NCBI GenBank assembly: GCA_039024555.1
Contig: JBCCQQ010000022.1
Location: 1 to 64,000 of the forward strand
Direction: 5' to 3'
DNA length: 64,000 nucleotides
DNA from: Cyanobacteria bacterium P01_D01_bin.156
GTDB taxonomy: Bacteria > Cyanobacteriota > Cyanobacteriia > Phormidesmidales > Phormidesmidaceae
Made by a program: the position numbers and the translations under genes. Of the stretch, positions 1-11,470 are shown piece after piece. The notes under the pieces are model-generated. The model ran no database searches. It was not told where the DNA came from and worked only from the letters and a program-made list of their open reading frames with translations. The number at the start of each line of letters is the position of its first letter. Positions within the stretch are counted from its first letter, which is position 1.

Positions 1-129
1 CAAAAAGGCGCAGGGGAACAACAGCAGACCAGACCAGCCAACGAAGACAAATCTATCGCGCTTCAGCCAGTCATCGACGACGTCGAAGACGCCTCGATTG
101 GCTCCAGCACGGCCCATTGCAATGGTCAT
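1..129 (-). CDS. psbD: Photosystem II D2 protein, 5' part (runs off window start)
   Basis: Manual translation of the reverse strand from ATG at 129: [43 protein letters not shown], the D2 N-terminus; not in ORF track. Confidence 0.97.
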   Translation of the reverse strand, partial: MTIAMGRAGANRGVFDVVDDWLKRDRFVFVGWSGLLLFPCAFL

Positions 130-639
130 CTCAAATCCTCTTAATATGGCATCAAGTCCTATGTATTCAAGGCGAAAAGTACTTTTTCGCCCGCTATCAG
201 GACGTGGGGATGTGACAAGCACTCACATCAAGATGGCCGTAATCACCATCAGATAGGATTTTGGCTTGTACTTTATGATAAATAGACTTTCGTTTTTTTA
301 CAATCTGTCACGTATGCTCTCAGATTCTTAAAGCGCCTGAAATAGCTGTCTGAAAAGGGGCACAAGTATTTTTATCAAGAGTTAACGTAAATTTTTGTGT
401 CCAAGACGCAGATTATCTACTTCCCAGGCTTATTTATTCATATTTTCTTTAGGAATAAGAAATTCTTAAATGCATCGCATTTTATAGTTTTTGCTCAAAC
501 ATGTTCGGTAGGGTACTAAGGAAGCCTGAGGATGCAGCATAAACCATATATGTAATCGATTGCTTGGTGGCGAATAGCCTCGCAGATTAAACCGTTTCGC
601 TCGAAATGCTACGCTAGATGGATACTTAAATTCAGATAG

Positions 640-1878
<1,239 letters not shown>

Positions 1879-2089
1879 GTTGTACTGACTTAGTTGGTTA
1901 CATAATCTAATCAATAATATGTAAAAGCCAGGTGAGCCTAAAGGTTCCCTGGCTTTTACAATTGTCTTTGGTGTGGCAATCTGTTGGCATGGCAAATTGC
2001 ACAACGCATAGTATGCAACCGACAAAACTATCGGCGATAGCTTTTGGCTGCTATGGGCAAAAAGTTTTAGATTGCAGGGAATTAGCACA

Positions 2090-3394
2090 TTGGTTTTTAA
2101 GGTTGGATTATTAGGGTTGGGTACTGTAGGCACAGGCACAGCCAAAATTTTGTTGGATGCGGCACGACGTCATCCTTTACTACAGACCTTAGAGATCCAC
2201 AAGGTGGGGGTGCGCTCTCTAGATAAACCCCGTGCTATTAATTTTCCGGAGGAATGCCTCACTACAGACCTTGAGGCTATTGTGACCGATCCTGATATTG
2301 ATATTGTGGTTGAAGTGATTGGTGGGTTGGAACCTGCGCGATCGCTAATCTTAGAGGCCATCGAAGACGGTAAGCACGTTGTTACAGCCAACAAAGCCGT
2401 CATTTCTCGCTATGGCAATGAGATTGCAGAAGCCGCCCAAAAAGCAGGTGTCTACGTACTATACGAAGCCGCGGTTGGCGGCGGAATTCCAGTCATTCAG
2501 CCATTACAGCAGGCACTGGGCGTCAACCGCATTGAAACCGTCACTGGCATCATTAACGGCACCACCAATTATATTCTGACCCGCATGGAGTCTGAGGGAG
2601 GGGACTTTGAACCCATCTTGGCGGATGCCCAAGCATTAGGCTACGCCGAAGCAGACCCTACAGCAGATGTGGATGGTTTAGATGCCGCAGATAAGATTGC
2701 AATTTTGGCTGCCATTGCTTTTGGGGGCAAAATTCGTCGGGAAGATGTGTTTACCGAAGGCATTCGCAACGTCAGTGCCTCCGACGTGAACTATGCAAAA
2801 ACCCTAGGATTTGTGATTAAGCTGCTAGCGATCGCAAAACGAAACAACGAAGCAGAAACCATTCAACTCCGCGTACATCCCACGCTGGTCCCACTACAAC
2901 ATCCTCTAGCAAGTGTGCACGATGTCAATAACGCAGTGCTGGTAGAAGGAGACCCCATTGGTCGGGTGATGCTTTATGGTCCCGGTGCCGGAGAAGGTCC
3001 TACCGCCAGTGCCATTGTTTCAGACGTAATGGCCATTGCCGCAACACTCCACATGGAGTCCCCTGCTGAGGAAAAGTTACCCAACCCACTGCTCAGCCAC
3101 TCCCACAGCGATTACAAAACCATCAGTCCGATGGAAGAGCTCGAAAGCCGCTTTTATCTGAGGCTTATGGTGAAAGATAAGCCAGGAGTAATTGGCCATC
3201 TGGGTGAAATTTTTGGCCAGCATGGCCTGAGCTTAGAGTCCATTGTGCAAATTGGTCTGCAAGATAATCTGGCGGAGTTGGTCATCGTTACCCACGAAGT
3301 CAAAGAAGGCGACTTCCACAAAGCTGTAGAGATATTAAAAGCCTCATCAGCTGATGTAGACTCAATTTCCAGTCTTTTGCGAGTGTTAGGCTAA
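2090..3394 (+). CDS. hom: Homoserine dehydrogenase with C-terminal ACT domain
   Basis: GLLGLGTVG, VVTANK, EAAVGGGIP, NGTTNYIL, GPGAG motifs; start TTG 2090 (or 2072) uncertain. Confidence 0.95.
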   Translation: MVFKVGLLGLGTVGTGTAKILLDAARRHPLLQTLEIHKVGVRSLDKPRAINFPEECLTTDLEAIVTDPDIDIVVEVIGGLEPARSLILEAIEDGKHVVTANKAVISRYGNEIAEAAQKAGVYVLYEAAVGGGIPVIQPLQQALGVNRIETVTGIINGTTNYILTRMESEGGDFEPILADAQALGYAEADPTADVDGLDAADKIAILAAIAFGGKIRREDVFTEGIRNVSASDVNYAKTLGFVIKLLAIAKRNNEAETIQLRVHPTLVPLQHPLASVHDVNNAVLVEGDPIGRVMLYGPGAGEGPTASAIVSDVMAIAATLHMESPAEEKLPNPLLSHSHSDYKTISPMEELESRFYLRLMVKDKPGVIGHLGEIFGQHGLSLESIVQIGLQDNLAELVIVTHEVKEGDFHKAVEILKASSADVDSISSLLRVLG

Positions 3395-3398
3395 AGCT

Positions 3399-4295
3399 TT
3401 GAATTCTCAATCTGTTTCTGGCGAAACCCTATACCAGTGGAGATTGCAGGCCCAAGTAGAGGCACAGACAGCAAATATAGCTGTCTACGAAGTAGATTGG
3501 CTGCTGCAGGGTATCAGCAATTTAAGCCAAACGGATCTCAGCCTCAGTCTCTATAGAGATCGAACCGTCCCCCTAAATCAATCCGTAGACTGGCTGACTC
3601 ACCAATGGGGAAAGCGTCTAACCAAAAGGGTACCGGTACAATATTTGATGGGGGAAACACCCTGGCGAGATTTAATGCTAACGGTAACACCGGATGTTTT
3701 GATTCCCCGACCGGAAACAGAACTGATGGTGGATATTGTTCAGGACTGGGTTAGCCAACAGAATCTTAGTCCTGGTAAACGAGTATGGGCTGATTTAGGA
3801 ACTGGGAGTGGGGCGATTGCGATCGCTGTGGCCAAAGCCTTTCCCCAAGATCAGATTCTGGCAGTTGATATTAGTTCAGCAGCGCTTGAGGTAGCTCAAC
3901 AGAATGCTCGGCGAAACCAGGCCCATAATGTGGAGTTTTATCAGAGCAATTGGTTGGATTCACTAGCAACCTGGCAAGGGCGACTATCAGGCATCATTAC
4001 CAATCCACCTTATATTCCGAGCGCTGTAGTGCTGAACCTGGACCCAGAAGTCACAGAGCATGAGCCGCACCAAGCCCTTGATGGCGGTAGCGATGGATTA
4101 AACGATATTCGTTCACTCATAGAACAGTCTCACAATTTTTTACGCCCCGATGGGTTATGGCTCACCGAACATATGCAAGGACAGTCCCAGATCATTGCTC
4201 AATTATTGACTGCTCACAACGCCTACCAAACCGTCCAAGTACATCACGATTTAGCTGGCATTAAACGTTTTGTTTCGGCCACAGCCAATTACTAG
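3399..4295 (+). CDS. prmC: Release factor glutamine methyltransferase
   Basis: VLIPRPETE, DLGTGSGAIA, NPPY motifs. Confidence 0.95.
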   Translation: MNSQSVSGETLYQWRLQAQVEAQTANIAVYEVDWLLQGISNLSQTDLSLSLYRDRTVPLNQSVDWLTHQWGKRLTKRVPVQYLMGETPWRDLMLTVTPDVLIPRPETELMVDIVQDWVSQQNLSPGKRVWADLGTGSGAIAIAVAKAFPQDQILAVDISSAALEVAQQNARRNQAHNVEFYQSNWLDSLATWQGRLSGIITNPPYIPSAVVLNLDPEVTEHEPHQALDGGSDGLNDIRSLIEQSHNFLRPDGLWLTEHMQGQSQIIAQLLTAHNAYQTVQVHHDLAGIKRFVSATANY

Positions 4296-4600
4296 ATATA
4301 TTCAATGGGGTTGCCATGCTTTTGTCGGTAGGGCCACAAAGTGAACTTCCACAGCTCTGCCACTAGAGCTTCTCGATGGCCGTAAAGTAGAGTTCCAAGA
4401 TAAAAGGGGCTTTTGTTCAGAAAGTTTTGACCAAGGTCGCCATGCATGAGGCCAATTTTGATACGTGGCCAAGCATGCACTGTAGAGACTAGTTAGCCGC
4501 TAAAATAATCACTAATTGCGGGTAACCGCTTTAGTGGTGTGACTTCACATCTAGGGTATGTTTCGGCTGACAACTGCTGGATGAGAAGCAACGTTGAAAT

Positions 4601-5842
4601 ATGGTTTCGTTAGCCCGTAAAAACTTACTCAAAGACTTGCCTCGTTTTTTAGTAGCCCAGGCGGGCATTATGTTCGCCGTTAGCCTAGTTACCATTCAAA
4701 CTGGCATTCTAAAAGGGTTTACCCGATCAACAACACTGCTCATTGACAGTTCCGACGCCGATATTTGGGTCGCTTCAGAAAATATCGTCAACTTTGAGTT
4801 AACGGAGCCCTTTCCCTACGTTCAGGTACGACAGGCCCAGGAAGTCGAAGGCGTAGCCTTAGCAGAAGCGTTAACCATTGGCTCTGGTCGCTGGTATTCA
4901 GACGGTAAACTCACCACATTACGGGTATTTGGCTTTGACCCTAACGGCGAGTTGTTTCGACCAGGCCAGGTTTCTGAGCCATCGATTCAGGCGTTGAATG
5001 CTCCATACTCTGCCTTGATTGACCGTACTAACATGCGCTCCTTTCGCATTGATGGCGTGGGAGATACGGCACGCATTCGTCAGCTCCCGGTCATGGTGGT
5101 TGGTTTGACCCGCGACACCCAGTCACTGGTATCTAGTAAGTTTGTTTTTACGTCTCTAATTAATGCCAACGCTTACATTAGTTCTGGTTTTTCAGCCGGG
5201 TTAACCTGTCAGCTTGGTGATGGCGATATTACGTGTATTAATGCGTTTCAGCGCGAGCCAGATGCTGGCAATGCGGCAGTGGATGAGCCAGAACCGCTCA
5301 AAGCTGATGCACCCGTTACCTATGTATTGGTTAAAGCAGAACCTGGAGAAAATTTACAGCAATTGAAACAACGCTTAGAAAGCTCACTGTCTGGAACGAA
5401 AGCATTTACTAAAAACGAGCTGATTGCCAGCACTCAAGCCTATTGGCAAAATCGCACGGGCATTGGGTTTATCCTCGGGCTAGGTGCCATCGTTGGGGTG
5501 ATTGTGGGCATGGTGGTGGTCGCTCAGATTTTGTACACATCGGTTTCGGAAAATCTACGGGAATTTGGCACCCTTAAAGCCATGGGAGCATCGGACTGGG
5601 ATATCTACAGCGTGATTTTGGAACAGTCGCTGTGGATGGCTCTGTTGGGCTATGTACCAGGACTGCTGCTATGTTGGGGAATGGGCACTTGGACTGCTGC
5701 CACCCAGGGCATTGTGGTATTAATTACGCCCCTCAGTGCCGTAGGTGTTTTAGGCATCACCGTGGTGATGTGTGTCGGCTCGGCGGTGTTTGCTATTCAA
5801 AAGGTGACTCGCGTAGACCCCGGTATTGTGTTTAAGGCTTAG
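4601..5842 (+). CDS. ABC exporter permease, DevC/FtsX-like
   Basis: MVSLARKNL N-terminus, large periplasmic loop, EFGTLKAMGAS and C-terminal DPGIVFKA typical of DevC/MacB-type permeases. Confidence 0.85.
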   Translation: MVSLARKNLLKDLPRFLVAQAGIMFAVSLVTIQTGILKGFTRSTTLLIDSSDADIWVASENIVNFELTEPFPYVQVRQAQEVEGVALAEALTIGSGRWYSDGKLTTLRVFGFDPNGELFRPGQVSEPSIQALNAPYSALIDRTNMRSFRIDGVGDTARIRQLPVMVVGLTRDTQSLVSSKFVFTSLINANAYISSGFSAGLTCQLGDGDITCINAFQREPDAGNAAVDEPEPLKADAPVTYVLVKAEPGENLQQLKQRLESSLSGTKAFTKNELIASTQAYWQNRTGIGFILGLGAIVGVIVGMVVVAQILYTSVSENLREFGTLKAMGASDWDIYSVILEQSLWMALLGYVPGLLLCWGMGTWTAATQGIVVLITPLSAVGVLGITVVMCVGSAVFAIQKVTRVDPGIVFKA

Positions 5843-5882
5843 GGAATACAGGTGACATTCTTAGTGAGGTGTGGGGTTATTA

Positions 5883-6581
5883 ATGGTTGCGATCGCAGCG
5901 CGTAACATTCAAATGTCCTTTATGTCGGGCACCACTGAAACTCAGGTACTCAAAGGCATTGATCTAGCTATTCCTTCCGGACAAATTCGTCTAATGATGG
6001 GTCCGTCTGGCTCAGGGAAAACCACACTGCTATCGATTTTGGCAGGAATTTTAACCCCTACTGCAGGACGTGTAGAATTGCTAGGCCAAGAGATAACACG
6101 GCTCTCTCGCAAGGAACTAGCCACATTTCGCCGCGACCACATTGGGTTTATTTTTCAAAGCTTTAATCTGTTTCCGGCCCTTACTGCCCTTGAAAATATT
6201 GAGCTAGCTCTACAGCTTAAGGGCAAAAAAGGTCCAGGGAATAAGGAACACGCCTTTGACTTGCTAAAACAAGTTGGGTTAGGCAACCGAGTGGATAATT
6301 TGCCTGCCGATTTATCTGGTGGTCAGAAACAACGAGTTGCGATCGCTCGCGCTTTAGCCGGAGAGCCAGAACTGATTATGGCAGATGAACCTACAGCAGC
6401 TCTGGACTCTTCTACAGGTCGAGATGTAATTGAGCTGATGCAGTATTTAGCTAAAAATAAGGGCTGCACGGTGCTGATCATTACCCACGACCCTCGCATT
6501 ACCGACGCAGCTGATGAGATTACCTATTTAGAAGATGGTTTACTAGCTCAAGAATCTAGTTTGGTCACGGGCTTACATTAA
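5883..6581 (+). CDS. ABC exporter ATP-binding protein, DevA/LolD-like
   Basis: Walker [40 protein letters not shown]. Confidence 0.92.
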   Translation: MVAIAARNIQMSFMSGTTETQVLKGIDLAIPSGQIRLMMGPSGSGKTTLLSILAGILTPTAGRVELLGQEITRLSRKELATFRRDHIGFIFQSFNLFPALTALENIELALQLKGKKGPGNKEHAFDLLKQVGLGNRVDNLPADLSGGQKQRVAIARALAGEPELIMADEPTAALDSSTGRDVIELMQYLAKNKGCTVLIITHDPRITDAADEITYLEDGLLAQESSLVTGLH

Positions 6582-6936
6582 CTTGGTCAATAGAAACCTG
6601 GCATTGCGAAGGGTTCAAGTAATACCGTTGCGATCATTTTGAGAACATCATTGATGATTAACAGGGAGCGCGCCGCAGGGGCCAGCTGACACTCACTAAA
6701 GGCCACGGTTACACCCGAATGCTTGAGCATACGCCAACCCAACTGAGCAATGCTTGCTCGCCAGTGCGTAATTTTAACTAGGGTTAAGAGATAGGAGCCT
6801 GTAGCGTAGAGCACTTTTACTGTCAGTAATCCCCGATACCATCTCCCCATATGAAAAGAGATCGGGGTATCCGGTTTGTAGCTTTTTAGGAGAGCTACTT
6901 ACGCACGATACGCATATTCATCCATTCATCGTGTTT

Positions 6937-7632
6937 ATGCTTTCAGATACTACACTACTGGCCTATGTCCCCCAGTTTTCCGTCGTTTTCAACAACATTG
7001 GCTTCTTTGTTCAGGGACTATTACTTACCCTACAAATAACAGTTGCCTCAATATTTTTAGGTCTGATTTTAGGCATTTTAGGAGCGTTGGGTCGAACCGC
7101 TGACAATCGATTTTTTAACGCCATCGCCATCGCCTATGTTGAATTTTTCCGCAACACACCATTTTTAATTCAGCTGTTCTTCTTCTATTTTGGCTTACCC
7201 AGCATTGGTCTTAGAATGGCTCCCTGGCAGGCCGCCATCTTGGCCCTAGCCATTAATTTCGGGGCCTATTCAACGGAGATTATTCGGGCAGGTATTGAAG
7301 GTATTAGCCCCGGTCAAATCGAGGCAGGTATGGCCCTAGGGCTAAAGAAGATGAAAATTTTTCGCCACATCATTCTGATGCCAGCTCTTGGGAAAATTTA
7401 TCCATCATTGGTGGGTCAGGTGGTTATTGCCGTCTTGTTTAGCAGCGTTGTCTCTCAGATCTCAGTTGAGGATCTAGCCTTTGTTGGCAACTACCTACAG
7501 TCTAGAACGTTCCGCAGCTTCGAGATTTATTTTGCGGTGTCGGTAATCTATGTGGCCCTAGTCTGGTCAATTAAGGCGGCTGCTTTTTTAATTCAAAAGA
7601 GGTTTTTCTCTTTTACGCAGTACATCAAATAG
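6937..7632 (+). CDS. Polar amino-acid ABC transporter permease (HisM/GlnP family)
   Basis: FFRNTPFLIQL, EIIRAGI..GQIEAGMALG EAA loop. Confidence 0.92.
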   Translation: MLSDTTLLAYVPQFSVVFNNIGFFVQGLLLTLQITVASIFLGLILGILGALGRTADNRFFNAIAIAYVEFFRNTPFLIQLFFFYFGLPSIGLRMAPWQAAILALAINFGAYSTEIIRAGIEGISPGQIEAGMALGLKKMKIFRHIILMPALGKIYPSLVGQVVIAVLFSSVVSQISVEDLAFVGNYLQSRTFRSFEIYFAVSVIYVALVWSIKAAAFLIQKRFFSFTQYIK

Positions 7633-7674
7633 TATTTGTTCGGTTAGCAAACTGCTGTCTATGGGGACTGGAAA

Positions 7675-8328
7675 ATGCAGGATTTTACCCTTACTCAGAT
7701 TATTACTAATCTACTCAATGCCACAAAGTGGACGCTGGCCCTTTCCGCGATCGCATTTAGCTTCGGTGGCTTTTTTGGCTTCTTAATTATGTTAATGCGT
7801 ATTTCACCAAACCTAATTCTTAGAGCGGTCAGTACGCTATATATTGAGATTTTTGAAGCGACTCCGCTGATTATGCAGCTGTTTCTGGTATTTTTCGGGA
7901 TTTCAGTGCTGTTTGACATTACCCTCTCCCCCTGGGTTGCCGCAACCATTGCCCTGACCACCTACACCAGCGCATTTTTGGGCGACATCTGGCGTGGTGC
8001 TGTTGAAGCAGTCCCCACAGGTCAGTGGGAAGCGTCAACCGCCTTAGGTCTTCACTACTTCAAAAAGCTGCGACACATTATTTTGCCACAGGCCGTTCGG
8101 CTGTCCATTCCACCGACGGTGGGATTCGCCGTACAGGTAATTAAGGGAACTTCATTAGCATCCGTTATTGGGTTTGTCGAACTAACGCGTTCTGCATCTT
8201 CCATCAGCAACGTTACATTTCAGCCATTTTTAATTTTCTCAATCGCTGCAGTGATTTACTTTTGTCTTTGTTTCCCCCTCTCGCTATGGAGTAAACGCTT
8301 AGAAAAACGCTTTGCAGTCATCTCTTAG
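7675..8328 (+). CDS. Polar amino-acid ABC transporter permease
   Basis: TPLIMQL, GQWEASTALG, IKGTSLASVIG. Confidence 0.92.
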   Translation: MQDFTLTQIITNLLNATKWTLALSAIAFSFGGFFGFLIMLMRISPNLILRAVSTLYIEIFEATPLIMQLFLVFFGISVLFDITLSPWVAATIALTTYTSAFLGDIWRGAVEAVPTGQWEASTALGLHYFKKLRHIILPQAVRLSIPPTVGFAVQVIKGTSLASVIGFVELTRSASSISNVTFQPFLIFSIAAVIYFCLCFPLSLWSKRLEKRFAVIS

Positions 8329-8376
8329 GATGCTGGACATTCTTACTGTTGATTTTTTTACTTAGAAAAACACATC

Positions 8377-9267
8377 ATGCTCAAGAAACTGCTTCGTACT
8401 CAACATCCTGCTTTTAGAAAGCTGTTAGTTGCAGGCATTTGCTTTGTCTTTACCGTCAGTGTTGTTGCTTGCTCATCAGGATCAATTACGTCTCAGGAGG
8501 TTTCAGGTGATGTAGCCGATGCATCAGCAGTCAGTGCGACCGCCAGCGGCAGCACTCTAGATGCCGTACTGAGTGAAGGGGTGATTCAAATTGCAGTTCC
8601 CCAAGATAGTCCACCCTTCGGCTCGGTGGGTACCGATGGCCAGCCCCAGGGCTACGACGTCGACGTCGCTAAAATGATTGCAGAGTCGATGGAAGTTGAA
8701 CTCGAGCTTGTACCGGTAACCAGTACGAACCGAATTCCTTACTTAGAGACCGGACGCGCTGACTTGGTTATTTCGAGTATGGGCGCAACCCCAGAGCGCG
8801 CTAAGTCCATCTACTTTTCGTCAACGCCCTATGCTCCCTTTTTCTCAGGCATTTATGGTTCCAGTAGTCTCGATGTATCAGACTACAGCGACCTAGGCGA
8901 CTACACTGTGGGTGTCACCCAGGGTGCGCTTGAAGACTTAGAACTTACGGAAAAAGCCCCCGAAGGTACGGAAATTAGACGGTTTGAAGATAACAGCATC
9001 ACAATTTCAGCGTTACTCGCTGGTCAGGTTGATTTGGCCGCTACTGGAAATACGATTGCGGGAAAAGTCATCAAAGATAATCCCGATAAGGATATTGAAA
9101 ACAAGTTTGTGATGAAAAACTCTCCCTGCTATATCGGCATGCGTCGAGGCGACCAGGACATGTTGGAGTGGGTAAATGTTTTTATTCGTAACAAGCGTTT
9201 ATCCGGCGATTTAGACAAGCTGTCTTTGCAGTGGTTTGGAGAGCCCTTGAATATACCAACTTTCTAA
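8377..9267 (+). CDS. Polar amino-acid ABC transporter substrate-binding lipoprotein
   Basis: Lipobox [35 protein letters not shown] (SBP family 3). Confidence 0.9.
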   Translation: MLKKLLRTQHPAFRKLLVAGICFVFTVSVVACSSGSITSQEVSGDVADASAVSATASGSTLDAVLSEGVIQIAVPQDSPPFGSVGTDGQPQGYDVDVAKMIAESMEVELELVPVTSTNRIPYLETGRADLVISSMGATPERAKSIYFSSTPYAPFFSGIYGSSSLDVSDYSDLGDYTVGVTQGALEDLELTEKAPEGTEIRRFEDNSITISALLAGQVDLAATGNTIAGKVIKDNPDKDIENKFVMKNSPCYIGMRRGDQDMLEWVNVFIRNKRLSGDLDKLSLQWFGEPLNIPTF

Positions 9268-9307
9268 GCTGTGGCTGTGTTTCTTTTTTGTTGTTAGGAC
9301 TATTTCC

Positions 9308-10090
9308 ATGGTAGGGAGTCAATCGGCTACGAATACGACAACTGAGCAGCTATCGAACGTTGTGATTAAAGCTCGCAATGTGGAAAAGTGGTATGACAAA
9401 AGTTTTCATGTCTTAAAGGGCGTCAGTCTTGATGTGATGCGCGGTGAGGTTGTCGTTGTCATGGGACCATCGGGTTCGGGAAAGTCCACATTTATCCGAA
9501 CGTTTAATGCTTTAGAGCCTTACCAAAAAGGAAGTATTGAAATTGATGGAACCCAGCTGACGGCTAAAATGCGAAATCTTGATGCGATTCGCCGCGAGGT
9601 GGGCATGGTCTTTCAGCAGTTCAATCTTTTCCCACATTTAAGCGTTTTAGAAAATGTGATGTTAGCTCCTGTCGAAACCCGAGGGTGGAAAAAGGAGAAG
9701 GCTAAAGACGTTGCGGCAGAGCTGCTGGAGCGAGTTGGTATCCTCGATCAGGCTAAAAAATACCCCGGACAGCTATCCGGTGGGCAGCAGCAGCGAGTTG
9801 CGATCGCACGCGCCTTGGCTATGCAACCCAAGGTTATGCTGTTTGACGAGCCCACCTCTGCCTTAGATCCAGAAATGGTACGGGAAGTATTAGATGTAAT
9901 GCGCTCCCTAGCTCAATCAGGCATGACCATGGTGTGCGTTACCCATGAAGTCGGCTTTGCCCGAGAGGTAGCTGACCGCATTGTGCTGATGGCAGATGGT
10001 CTTATCGTAGAAGAAAACAAACCGCAGGAGTTCTTTAGCAACCCCCAACACGAACGGACTAAACAGTTTCTATCGCAGATCTTGCACTAG
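9308..10090 (+). CDS. Polar amino-acid ABC transporter ATP-binding protein (GlnQ-like)
   Basis: [46 protein letters not shown]. Confidence 0.95.
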   Translation: MVGSQSATNTTTEQLSNVVIKARNVEKWYDKSFHVLKGVSLDVMRGEVVVVMGPSGSGKSTFIRTFNALEPYQKGSIEIDGTQLTAKMRNLDAIRREVGMVFQQFNLFPHLSVLENVMLAPVETRGWKKEKAKDVAAELLERVGILDQAKKYPGQLSGGQQQRVAIARALAMQPKVMLFDEPTSALDPEMVREVLDVMRSLAQSGMTMVCVTHEVGFAREVADRIVLMADGLIVEENKPQEFFSNPQHERTKQFLSQILH

Positions 10091-10102
10091 CGTTCTACAT
10101 AG

Positions 10103-10189
10103 CGTTGCTGATCCTCGGGATGATTTTATCTGCCAAATCCAGAACTCTGGACAGATGTACAGAGCATTTCATCCTCTAAATCAGCAACG
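10103..10189. repeat. Long nested imperfect inverted repeat between convergent genes (possible bidirectional terminator or structured RNA)
   Basis: CGTTGCTGAT(10103)/ATCAGCAACG(10180), GGATGA/TCATCC, ATCTG/CAGAT and TCCAG/CTGGA form nested pairs. Confidence 0.6.
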
Positions 10190-10199
10190 GCTTCGGCAC

Positions 10200-11171
10200 C
10201 TAGGTTGACGTTAGTTCTTTAGCAATACCGGTCAAAATCTCAGGCACCGGGCGGGGCTGCCAACCTAGGTCGCGCATGGCTTTTTCGCCACTGATGCGAA
10301 CACAGCGGTCATAGATATAGTGGACCAGTTCATTATTTAGGGGCGCATTCCAAGATAGTGCCTTGCCGATGGGGTCTAGAGCGCCACCAATCAGTCTGAC
10401 CAATGGCTTGGGAGCATCTGCCGGAGCTTTCACACCGACGGCATCTCCTAGAACTTGGAACATTTCGCCAATGGAAAGCTCCCCAGCGGAGATGATGAAA
10501 TGTTCTCCAGACGAGGCTTTTTCAACAGCGAGCACCATGGCTTGCACCAGATCATCCACATGAACAATACCGGTGATGCGATCGCACCCAGGCCATAGGG
10601 GTAAACGGCCCTTCAAAAACAACTTAATCACCGGACCAAAGTGTGGATCATCCGCCCCAAAAATTCCACCTGGCATTAAGCTAACCGCCCAATAACCATC
10701 AACCACATGCTGATTCACCAGCTGCTGAGCCTTAAACTTAGTCTCATCATAGGCAGATGAAAAACCTTCCTGGGTGCGCTGATAGGTTTCATCAATCACC
10801 TGCCCTGCTGTATCGCCATAAATACCAATGGTGCTGCAATAAACTAACTTCGGCGGATTGGCCTGCGATTGAATGGCATCGATCACTGTGCGAGTGCCCT
10901 GAACATTCACCCGTTTCATCCGGGCTGCATCCACAATCCCCAGATCGACACAGGCAGCAATATGAAACACCACATCCACGCCTGCCATGGAGGAAGTTAA
11001 AACGTCCGCCTCGGTAATGTCACCATAGACCAACTGCACATCCAAATTATCTAATCGGGTCAAATCACTCGTGCGCCGCACCAATCCAACGACGCGATGC
11101 CCCTGTGATATCAATAGTTTGACCAAATGAGAACCTGTGAAGCCATTAGCCCCTGTAACCAGTGCTTTCAT
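10200..11171 (-). CDS. NAD(P)-dependent epimerase/dehydratase/reductase (extended SDR, HpnA/DFR-like); candidate 3-keto-lipid reductase
   Basis: TGANGFTGS nucleotide-binding motif, VFHIAA, YDETK catalytic YxxxK, VHVDDL; specific role inferred from context. Confidence 0.85.
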   Translation of the reverse strand: MKALVTGANGFTGSHLVKLLISQGHRVVGLVRRTSDLTRLDNLDVQLVYGDITEADVLTSSMAGVDVVFHIAACVDLGIVDAARMKRVNVQGTRTVIDAIQSQANPPKLVYCSTIGIYGDTAGQVIDETYQRTQEGFSSAYDETKFKAQQLVNQHVVDGYWAVSLMPGGIFGADDPHFGPVIKLFLKGRLPLWPGCDRITGIVHVDDLVQAMVLAVEKASSGEHFIISAGELSIGEMFQVLGDAVGVKAPADAPKPLVRLIGGALDPIGKALSWNAPLNNELVHYIYDRCVRISGEKAMRDLGWQPRPVPEILTGIAKELTST

Positions 11172-11470
11172 ACCGATGCTTGATGTGCTGTAAGTGCTAT
11201 GCTCGCCAGTGCCAATGGGCCTAAGCTGTTATCGTAACGGAAATCATGTCGTTTTCTTACAATGCTATTGCCGACAGCTGCATCTAGAAAGCCGCTAAGA
11301 TAATAAAGCAAAAAAAGTTAGCGATTATTTCAAAAATCATCACTCAGTTTATGGATGCATATCTCGTAGACTTTGGTCACCTAAAACCCACGAAATACGC
11401 ATTATAAAAGCTGCCTATTTAAAGTTCACACTTACCTAAAGCCTGGATGTTTTTTAGAGCGTCCCATTAA

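Noticed and set aside
211..227. CRP-like site TGTGA-N7-TCACA in the psbD-petH region
   Set aside because: Spacer is 7 nt rather than the canonical 6
6587..6850. 87-aa minus-strand ORF between the two ABC systems
   Set aside because: No recognisable motif; overlaps the probable promoter of the amino-acid ABC operon; cannot support it as a gene
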